Positions 11,613 to 19,632 of a stretch of 19,632 nucleotides of DNA are shown in pieces. This DNA is from Ginkgo biloba (taxonomy: Eukaryota; Plantae; Ginkgophyta): assembly GCA_024626585.2 (NCBI GenBank), contig JANKJI020000002.1:224112820-224132451 (forward strand), written 5' to 3'. Within the stretch, counting starts at the first letter, position 1. Each line of letters starts with the position of its first letter. The notes beneath the pieces are model-generated. The model did no database searches. It had not been told where the DNA came from and worked only from the letters and a program-made list of their open reading frames with translations. The translations under genes and the position numbers were made by a program.

Positions 11613-12070
11613 GACGAAGTTAATTTTCTCTTTCTACCAACGAGTTTTGTGTTCTTTGATTTGCTCCGCCGATGGTGTCAGTCCTTCTCCCGTCAGCCCT
11701 TGTCGGTTCGTCGATGTAGTGAGTGTCGGATGCTCCTACATCAGATGCCATCCTATCTCTGCCTTGCTACCTTCCATCGGTTCATCACTATCTGACAAAG
11801 TCTATCTATCTTTCATTAACGTATGTTAGTTTACTACCTTGCTGATGTTGTAGATCTTCTGCCATCTGATGCTCGTCGATTTCCTCCGTCAATATCGTCG
11901 ATTTTTGCCCCATTGACAGATGTCAGATTCTTGCCTCACCGACGAAGTCTTTCTTCTCTTTTTATCGACAAAGTTAGTTTTCTATCTTTCGATGTGTTCA
12001 GTGTTCCTTGGTTTACTTCACCGACAACGTCGGTCCTTCTCCCGTCAGCCCTCGTCGGTTTGCCGACGTA
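11340..12070. repeat. ~385-bp degenerate tandem duplication inside the U3 of LTR B
   Basis: tctgccttg at ~11371 and ~11757; gacagatgtca at ~11529 and ~11915; tccttctcccgtcagccct at ~11682 and ~12034. Confidence 0.85.
11569..11608. repeat. (TC)20 microsatellite
   Basis: Perfect dinucleotide run. Confidence 0.97.
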
Positions 12071-12170
12071 NNNNNNNNNNNNNNNNNNNNNNNNNNNNNN
12101 NNNNNNNNNNNNNNNNNNNNNNNNNNNNNNNNNNNNNNNNNNNNNNNNNNNNNNNNNNNNNNNNNNNNNN

Positions 12171-13410
12171 AAGGGGAAGGATCCATTGAAGAGAAATTCA
12201 TATCCCCAATTGAGATGTTAGAGGGAAGAATTCATTCCCACACATTTGAATCAAGCATAAAATCTTAGAGAGGAGAAGGAGAAGGGGTTATTTTTTTAGT
12301 TGGCAGATTAATTCTTTGGAGAGTTCGCTGGTGGAGAGATTCGAAGGTCCAAGACTAGAAGAGATATAGTATGTAGAATAAGAAGGTAATTGTGGAGTAG
12401 CGACGAGGAACTGATAATATAGCTGAGGAGAATGACCATAAGGAAAAGCACAAGGCTATAGAGGAGAATCCAGACATAATGCCAAGTGTGAGGCAATCTA
12501 AGAAGATTAGTGTGCATTTGATATTCTGAGCATCTATATGACCTAAAGTGTTAGAGCCAAATAATCGAGTTGAGTATGTGAACAAGAAGATTGGGTAGAC
12601 CATCAAGGTGACACAAACCAAGAGGATGATTCAAGATTGAGTTGAGCTTGAGTAGAATTATTGATAGAGATAACTCGAGGTAGGAATGAATACCTAATAG
12701 AGCGCCAAACTTGAGGTAGTCAAAAGGGGAATTGAGGAGTCTTCCTAATGTAAACCAATTGAAAAACCTCACAAAGAAGTTGAGAACCCACCAACAAATT
12801 GCCAAACTTGAAGTAGTCAGAGGTGGCATTGATAATTTTGCCAAAGTAAGATCAATCTAAGTAGAGCTAAGTAGAACTGCTAACATAGGTAGCTAGAAAC
12901 TCAAGGAGAATTGGAATTGATTACCAACTTATTATAATCCACTATAATACCCTCTAATAGTGGGGAAGAGCAGTGATGGCCGGTTGTAATGATCAGAGGA
13001 TTTTGATTAATGAAATCCTATAGTTTTATTTCCTGTGAGGGTTTCTCCAATTGAAAATTTGTGTCTCTATCAAATTTCTTTATTGTGTGGATGTCTAAGT
13101 GGTTTATGTAATTATTCATTGATGTCTAATCTTTTTTTTTTTATAAATTATAATGTACATTGGTAAGCTTATGCAATTTAGTTAGTGAGTGCTACCACCG
13201 ATGTGAAAGACCGTGATTGCTAAGTTAGTAGCTTGTCAACGTCGTCGGTGGGATTTGTATGTTGAGATCCTAGTGGTGAGTGACATCAACATTGGCTTAG
13301 AATCAACTGACAATGTCAATGAAACATCTTAGATAGACCAATGATTGACAAGAGTGTAGAGAAGTCGTCTGACCGACGAATGCCCAAGAAATAGTAGGTC
13401 GCCTACATCA
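12171..13410 (+). mobile_element. LTR C, R-U5 part of a 5' LTR of a CRM-like element
   Basis: Ends ...CCTACATCA at 13410 and carries the family U5 motif at 13022-13066. A decayed PBS follows after 2 nt. Confidence 0.75.
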
Positions 13411-13412
13411 TT

Positions 13413-13424
13413 TGATATTAGAGT
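13413..13424 (+). other. Decayed primer-binding site (tRNA-iMet)
   Basis: TGATATTAGAGT versus TGGTATCAGAGC: three differences, all transitions, located 2 nt after CATCA. Confidence 0.72.
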
Positions 13425-13643
13425 TAAGATTATTCATTAATAAAGGGTGAAGGAGAGCTAGATAGAAAAGAGTGAAATGATACCATATTTTAATATTAAA
13501 ACTTAGATTTAGATATGGAGTGTAAAGACAAAGCAAGGAGAGGNNNNNNNNNNNNNNNNNNNNNNNNNNNNNNNNNNNNNNNNNNNNNNNNNNNNNNNNN
13601 NNNNNNNNNNNNNNNNNNNNNNNNNNNNNNNNNNNNNNNNNNN

Positions 13644-14060
13644 TCTTTCCCACCAAAGTGTAGCATGCCCCCTCAACTTGGTACATGCGAACTTTACTCT
13701 CCATGAGTCTGCTATTTCATCCCAGTTGAAGAACCTTTCTAATTCTCTAATCCAATCCAGTAACTCTTCTAGCCTTAGGCTTCCTCTGAAGTAGGACACT
13801 TCAACCTTCACCCGACTGTCATTTCTTCTTGCTTCTCTTTACGGTACAATTCTGGCCTCTACTTCTAATGGGATCCGCTCCCCATATATTGGTTCTTCCT
13901 GCGTTGATTCTATCCTTTAGGTCTCTAAGTCGCTACCCTTACTTCCAATTTCCTCAACCCAATAACTAATATTCTCTATTCTCTTAGCCATGGCCTCCAG
14001 CATCTGCTTGAGTGTTTCATCTACCTTGGAAGCTCTTGGAAGTGTTATCTTTAGTGGCAT
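13644..14060 (-). pseudogene. gag: gag N-terminus with two in-frame stops
   Basis: The ATG at 14060 (MPLKITLPR...) is in frame with ORF 13509..13811 (VKVEVSYFRGSLRLEELLDWIRELERFFNWDEIADSWRVKFACTKLRGHATLWWER). TAA codons lie at 13917-13919 and 13839-13841. Confidence 0.88.
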
Positions 14061-14126
14061 CTTGGCCATCACACCTGCTCTCTTTAACTCTTCACCCAGC
14101 GCTGCACCCCACGAATCGAACCTCAG

Positions 14127-14138
14127 GATCTGATACCA
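14127..14138 (-). other. Primer-binding site (tRNA-iMet)
   Basis: Minus strand TGGTATCAGATC, 11/12 identical to TGGTATCAGAGC, 1 nt after ...CTTCA. Confidence 0.88.
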
Positions 14139-14193
14139 CTGAAGTAGGAGAAAAAATAACTACTCAGCGAGTTATAGAACTGCAACAACACTT

Positions 14194-14204
14194 CTCTGAT
14201 ACTA
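14194..14204 (-). other. Second, mutated PBS
   Basis: Minus strand TAGTATCAGAG, 1 nt after ...GCTTCA and 66 bp from the other PBS. Confidence 0.75.
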
Positions 14205-14205
14205 C

Positions 14206-15229
14206 TGAAGCAGGACCTGCACAAGATTTTTCCAATCAATCGAGTGTTAGGTGCAATGCTCCACAGTGAGGTGCAAAACACACACAGACCACATTGACAC
14301 TAAATAACATAAATAAACTAGTGAAAAGAAATGTGACACAAGTTTTGCAACTGGAGAAACCCTCATGGGGAATAAAACTCCAGGATTTATTGTAGTGAAA
14401 TCTCCTGGGCGACTGCCCTTACAGTAAATGCCCAAATTGGCTCTCTCAGAAAATAAGAACTTGGCCCATGGCCTATAAATAATTTCTCAGTGGTGTTATA
14501 ACATGCCTTACGGCTTATAATTCTCCAGAATGCCCTAGATCCCTTGATTCCTTGACGACCACTACTACTAATAGCTGGTGCTCTCCTCTGTTCCACTCGG
14601 CTCTTCATTCGTTCTAAATTTTGGCAGCCTTCCAGTTCTCTCTGAACTCTCTCCCTCAATGAACTCAGAGTGAGGTCAATTTATAGCCTCTATTGCAACG
14701 AACAAGTGCCTCAGCTTCCAAACGTTTCCTTCTGCTCCAATGAATCAGTTTGGTGCGCCTTTACTCTTGCAACAACACTATCATTAATGCTCTCCTAGGT
14801 GCTAAACTTGTCTTGATGCAATGGCTCATAGTCCAGAAATAAACATGCGCTTATCATGTTGGTTTGTGCTTTCCTTAAGTTATCATCCTGCATGGCCACC
14901 TTTTAGTTTCGTCCATCTCCAACGAAGTCAATTAGCTCCTCACCGATGAGCCCCCATATTGCTTCAAGAATTGGGCTCACACTATTTCACTATTTTTGAT
15001 GGTGTTGGTGAACCATCTCAAGGCATGTCGGTTTCTACCAATGAGGTCTAACTTTGGCTTTTCGACGGTGTCGGTACTTGCTTCACCAACAAAGTCAGTT
15101 CCTCATCCTCCAACGGTACCGGTCCTGATGGACACCGACGAGGTCTATTTTGGCACTTCTGACATCATACCTTTCTCTGTTGACGATGTCGATCATCCAG
15201 ACTTAGAGGCGCCAGATGCTCCTGCATCA
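14206..15229 (-). repeat. Complete 5' LTR D (1024 bp)
   Basis: Terminal inverted repeats TGAAGCAGGA (14206-14215) and TCCTGCATCA (15220-15229) match at 9/10. It has a TATA at 14679-14686 and blocks shared with LTR A/B (tttactcttgcaacaacactatcattaatg). Confidence 0.85.
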
Positions 15230-15733
15230 TTATCTAAGTGGAGAAGATAAGGAAAGAAGAAGTTGGAAGTAAGTGCTACTTCGTTAGATAAGTGTGATGA
15301 AGGGTGTGAGCCGATGAACCTGAGAGATTTTGTATCAAAGTTGGATAATAAGGATGGATGATATAAAGAGGAGTCAATGAAGGATTGACCCATATTCTAT
15401 TGGAGAATCATGGATTTTGACGAAGGGGTTCTTTATGAGGAAAGTGATGTGGAATTAGGGACAGTTCCATATAAGGAGGGGATAGACTCTAAAGTGGTTC
15501 GATGTGATTCAAAGACAGAGGATGATGAGAAATTGGCACCCAAAATTGTTGAGGAGATATTGGTATAAAAATATTCTAAGAAGATCATGCAAGAGAAAGG
15601 TGAGAGAGCACTAACAACATCGACAACTGAGGCTGATAAGGAGGCAACATAAAATATTCTTAAGGATTCTATGAGAGGGATATAAGAAGAGGAGAGGTTA
15701 GATGAGCTAGTGATGTAAAAAATTGAACCAAGT
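15230..15733 (+). pseudogene. Decayed acidic (D/E/K-rich) coding-like tract of unknown, probably TE, origin
   Basis: One frame reads ...IMDFDEGVLYEESDVELGTVPYKEGIDSKVVRCDSKTEDDEKLAPKIVEEILV*... with scattered stops and a strong purine bias. Confidence 0.3.
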
Positions 15734-16084
15734 NNNNNNNNNNNNNNNNNNNNNNNNNNNNNNNNNNNNNNNNNNNNNNNNNNNNNNNNNNNNNNNNNNN
15801 NNNNNNNNNNNNNNNNNNNNNNNNNNNNNNNNNGTACCTAAAGTACACTTTGATGAACTAAAATAAATAAAAGACTTCAATGAAGTTATATTAATGTACA
15901 AAATACATCGTGAAAGTTCATCACAAGAGTTTTATCCTTCTCTGGAAAAATGTTCGAATTAGTTACCATAACTATTCGTTTCAACTTCTCGAAAAGGTGA
16001 GTTCGTACTAGATGTTTATCATCCCAATCATGCGTCTTTTTGACCTAGGTGTGATAATTTTCTTAAATTATGATATTTTATCGA

Positions 16085-16620
16085 GTTTTATAATTTTGCA
16101 TTATCTCATAATTTTGAATTTTCTTACGACTTTGAATTTTCTAACGACTTTGCATTTTCTCACGACTTAGTATTTTCTCGTGATAAAGGGCATAACTTTT
16201 TGCCTAGTTACAAACTCTTATCGACTTTCTAAAATTAGGGAATATCTTGTGACTCAATAATTTCTTGCTACAAAGGGCATGACTTTTTGCCTAGTCGCAA
16301 ACTCTTACTAACTTTTTGAAAACCTGCACTTTCTTGTGAATTTGGTATTTCTTCATGATTTTAGTGTTTTTTTGTGCCGATTTCAGGACTTGGCCAAATT
16401 TTGATACTTGCTAGCACATGTGCAAATCTCATCACTTTCTCAAAATATGTGATGTTGTGGTGTATGGAGTATTCAATGCATTAATTTTCCAAATCAAAAT
16501 ATTTTGTCGATTTTCCTGAAATAGACATTGTCTTACAATTTTGCATTTTCTAGAGATTTTTGGTAGTTTCTCGTGATTTTGATATTTTCTTAGGATTTTA
16601 ATATTTTATTTTGACCAGCA
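16085..16620. repeat. Degenerate 18-19-bp minisatellite with an 87-bp higher-order duplication
   Basis: Consecutive units read ttttcttacgactttgaa, ttttctaacgactttgca, ttttctcacgacttagta (16119-16172). aaagggcatRactttttgcctagt occurs at 16185 and 16272. Further units lie at ~16330-16370 and ~16527-16605. Confidence 0.85.
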
Positions 16621-16855
16621 CTTTTCTTATCCAATATCATAGAAATTTAATATTTTAAAGTAAAGATAGTCTTATGATTGATCCCATGGGTGAAACCCTT
16701 AAAAGCCCATTAGTGGTGTTGCCCTAAGACCCTGAAAGGGAGCTATAAAAATTATTGGTCTCAAACCCAACTATTGAACAAGGTTGATTACTTGGACCAA
16801 TATTATGGCTTCTTTATGAAATTATTAGCTTCATGCAACTCTAAANNNNNNNNNN

Positions 16856-17808
16856 TGATAATTATCCTTCTTTATCATATCCAATCCGAATTAATAAACA
16901 ACTATCTTACTTAACTATGTTTCAACTACTCCTATGGCATGACCGATGTATCTGCCTCCACCTCAAAAGACAACTAAAGGTTGGGCATTGCCAAAATCAA
17001 TGTTGTGCATAATCTATACTTGATCAAATCAAATGCATCCTACTGGGATTTATTCCAAGTAAAGGCCTTCTTAACCTTTATAATCTGATGGAGAGGAGAA
17101 TTAATCTTAAAAATTCTAGTACAAATTTCTTGTAAAAGTTGGCTAATCCCAAAAATCTATGCAACTCATACACATTGGTTGACTACCCTCAATTCCTTAA
17201 GACCTCAATCTTGGTGTGATCAAATCTAAATCCATGCTCATTAATAATACAGCTAAAGGAAGAGATCGATGTTATGTATGATGAATCTACACTGAGCTCT
17301 ATGTTGGCCTATAATATATGGAGCTACAACTACTATAAAACCTACTCAATATGTATCAAGTGTTCCTCCTGGGTGCAGTTGAATATAAGAATGTCATCAA
17401 GGTATACTATGATTAAGGATTCTAGGAAGGGTCAAAGAACATCGTTCATTCACCTTATAAATGCCATTAGGGCATTGGTCAACCTAAAAGGCATCACTAA
17501 CCACTCAAAGAGATCATGCTTGGTCTTGAATGTTATATTTCATGTATTCTCCTCTCAAATCATCAACTTATGGTATAATGAATTTAAACCAATCTTCATG
17601 CAAATACTTAACACCTTGTAGCCGATCCAACAAGTAATCAATACATGAAAGTGAATACCTATTCTTCATCGTGATCTTATTGATTACCCTATAGTCAATG
17701 CATATGCACGAAGAACCATCCTTCTTGGGCACTAATAAGACCAACGAACCATAAAGAGAAGCACTAGGCTAGGTGTGCCCCTTTTCTAATAACTCTGAAA
17801 GTTGTCTC
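16856..17808 (-). mobile_element. Degenerate Ty3/gypsy (CRM/chromovirus-like) RT and start of RNase H
   Basis: RQLSELLEKGH..LVPKKDGS..CIDYRVINKITMKNRY..IDYLLDRLQG..FKTKHDLFEWLVMPFRLTNA..IVYLDDILIF (YLDD at 17393-17404)..FLGLANFYKKFV..FEVEADTS. Confidence 0.93.
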
Positions 17809-17897
17809 TGTAAAAAGCGAATGATAGAATTTGTCTATCATCCATAAATTGAACACAAACAAATTTATTATTCACTTTTTACATTTGGTATTAAACC
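17809..17897 (+). mobile_element. 75-bp TG...CA LTR-like unit with long terminal inverted repeats, followed by a PBS-like motif
   Basis: TGTAAAAAG (17809-17817) pairs with CTTTTTACA (17875-17883), followed by TT and TGGTATTAAACC (17886-17897, 9/12 to the Met-i PBS). It starts exactly where the RT frame breaks. Confidence 0.62.
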
Positions 17898-18323
17898 TAA
17901 GGGTTATCCTTAGCCTGAACTGTGTTAGGTTCGTTAATCAAGCGAATCTGTGAGTGTTAAATTTTTTGGGCTTGTTAGTAACCAGAATTATCCAGTGTTA
18001 GGGATTTCCAATTACGGTGAATTCAGTGATAAATTCANNNNNNNNNNNNNNNNNNNNNNNNCCGTGGTGTAAACAGTGATAGTTTGTATTATCTATTTAA
18101 AGAATTCTTGGTTTGAAGAATTCTTGAACGTGAAGAAAGTGGTTATGTGGTCTGTTCGAGAGATGTTAAAGAATTGTTAAACCCTGGGTGGTGTTTGTAG
18201 ACATTAAGGAGCATTATTAAATGATTGAAGGGCCATAAGGCCAGAGTTGTGAAGTCGTACAACATATGTAAGTTATTAGAGGGCCAATGCCATGCGAAGG
18301 ACGTATTTGTATCATTATTTTGA

Positions 18324-18392
18324 CATGAAGATCAAATTAAATTTAAATTGTGGAGATAGGGTGTATTAGAGGCTGAGACATCGGGAGGAGAC
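18324..18392 (+). pseudogene. Possible integrase C-terminal relic
   Basis: NCGDRVY*RLR resembles 'F.VGD.VYLRL'. The match is short and isolated. Confidence 0.2.
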
Positions 18393-19632
18393 ACTTGTTT
18401 GTTGATCAATTAGGCTAGAAGAGAGACATTAGGAATTTATGAATGCCTTTATGGGAAGATTCCCTTGTAAAGAACATCTAAAAAGTGTTCCTGAATGATA
18501 ACCACATGGTAGTAGGAAAAAGGATGTCACAACCTTAGAAGAAATACCTTCTAAAGATATGGGTTAGCCATAGTAGTAGGTATTAAGGGATGTGAAAATG
18601 ATGATCATGAACATTGAATGTTTATGGATCCACCTATGAGAAGGCTGTTGATACCATGGGATCTCTAAGTGAGGAAGTTGAGTTGAATCGATGGGAGGAG
18701 GTAAAAGATCATAACTAGTCACTAGGGGAAAGTGAGGGCGAAGTTGAAAGAATTGAATCAATTCAAAATCCTAATTAGAAAGCAGAATTAACGTGTGTGT
18801 AGGACGCTTTGCGTAATTTAAAAAAAAATAAATAAAAATAAAAATTTCCTAAGATTATAAACATTAGGAAAAATATCATTAAAAAGTGTTTAGATTTAGC
18901 TCCTTGCCTCTGGTCATGTGGAAAAAAGGGGCTATCCATTTTTTGAAAAACCCTGAACACTAATTTTTAATTCCAAAGACATAGTCAAACATAAATTTGT
19001 ATTTCCTTTTACTTGGAAGTCGTTGTGTGGTTGAATTCTAGAATCTTGTGTGATGACCAAAGATTTATTGATCTTTGACTAATTTTAGCACCCTACAAGG
19101 TGATTGAAGACATTATTTAAGCCCAAAAATAAACTAAAAATCATAAAAATAAATAAAATCACTTAAAATAACCAAATTTATTGCCTTTCATATTTTTATC
19201 TTTCTCTACAGTGGGTACTCTCCCCTATAAAGTTAATTGCACATGCATACATAGACTCAATCATCAAAATAGAGCCAACATACTATTGATGTATCATGCA
19301 ATGAGAAGTCGAGAAGGTATAAGGAAGGATATAAGGAGATAAGTATCCTTGGTTTTATAAGTAATAACACCCTTAATAATAATATGTTGTTAGTTGTAAG
19401 TTAGTGAGTGCATGTACATATTTTGAGGTTTAGTTTCTTATATCATTATGGTATATTAAAACCTTTCTCCTCAATGGACCAAAGTACAGTGTGTAATACT
19501 CAGCATACATTGGACAGATACTATTCAATGTAAGGGGTGAAAAACTATAGCTAGGAAAGTTGTGGTGTGATATTTTGTGACCATCCAGAGACATGGCAAG
19601 CAAAATTAGTATACTGGGAGTTATCATAGAAA

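Larger units (their letters stand above)
10457..12070 (-). mobile_element. LTR B (CRM-like family); the U3 start lies in the 12071-12170 gap
   Basis: Minus-strand CTATAAAT at 11151-11158. The U5 motif at 10674-10724 is shared with 14334-14384 and, as reverse complement, with 13022-13066. The left end ggatgaggg (10459-10467) resembles a one-mismatch CCCTCATCA terminus. No PBS follows. Confidence 0.75.
13644..15229 (-). mobile_element. 5' part of a CRM-like Ty3/gypsy element (5' LTR, PBS, leader, gag)
   Basis: The LTR begins TGATG on the minus strand at 15229. It is followed by a Met-i PBS and a gag with the CRM-type 'KVE..F.G.L..EE.LDW...ERFF......VK.A..KL..HA..WW'. Confidence 0.9.

Noticed and set aside
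11204-12268. Cluster of + strand ORFs (135 aa, 132 aa and others)
   Set aside because: They lie in pyrimidine-rich LTR U3 repeats. The SLSLSL run is the TC microsatellite, and no domain is recognisable.
14098-14138. tRNA gene or tRNA-derived SINE
   Set aside because: Only the 3' ~30 nt resemble tRNA, no cloverleaf forms, and the position next to an LTR end identifies it as a PBS.
12171-15229. LTR C (+) and LTR D (-) facing each other as one inverted-LTR (DIRS-like) element
   Set aside because: Each has its own PBS, they are strongly diverged, no tyrosine recombinase is seen, and a 100-N gap separates them.
16085-16620. CRISPR-like array
   Set aside because: The units are contiguous and degenerate with no unique spacers, there are no cas genes, and the context is eukaryotic.
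17274-17621. 115-aa + strand ORF
   Set aside because: It is the antisense shadow of the minus-strand RT.
19185-19330. Strong splice-acceptor-like site (tttctctacag, AG at 19210-19211) suggesting a host exon
   Set aside because: No recognisable protein or convincing exon chain follows, so it cannot be supported without transcript data.

Overview
Eukaryotic, gene-free, transposon-saturated DNA, most likely from a large-genome seed plant (gymnosperm-like; inferred from element types and heavy C>T/G>A decay). No intact protein-coding gene was found. From left to right: (1) the 3' end of an RNase H-bearing LINE with an oligo(A) tail (1-968, +), abutting and truncating (2) a decayed chromovirus-type Ty3/gypsy RT-RH-INT (969-2559, -); (3) a second, very decayed Ty3/gypsy pol (2660-6655, +) that appears to carry two tandem capsid-like modules between protease and RT; (4) weak BED-finger and LINE-ORF1-like relics (7.3-8.6 kb); (5) four related, younger CRM-like LTRs (9887-15229) with TGATG/CATCA-type ends, tRNA-iMet PBSs (one duplicated), a gag start and dense CCGAC-NNN-GTCGG palindromes; (6) an 18-bp minisatellite; (7) a third gypsy RT-RH (16856-17808, -) interrupted by a 75-bp, almost fully palindromic TG...CA unit followed by a PBS-like motif. 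Five gaps of exactly 100 N coincide with element or strand switches, so adjacency across them is unproven. All domain calls come from manual translation and comparison with remembered consensus motifs, not from database searches.
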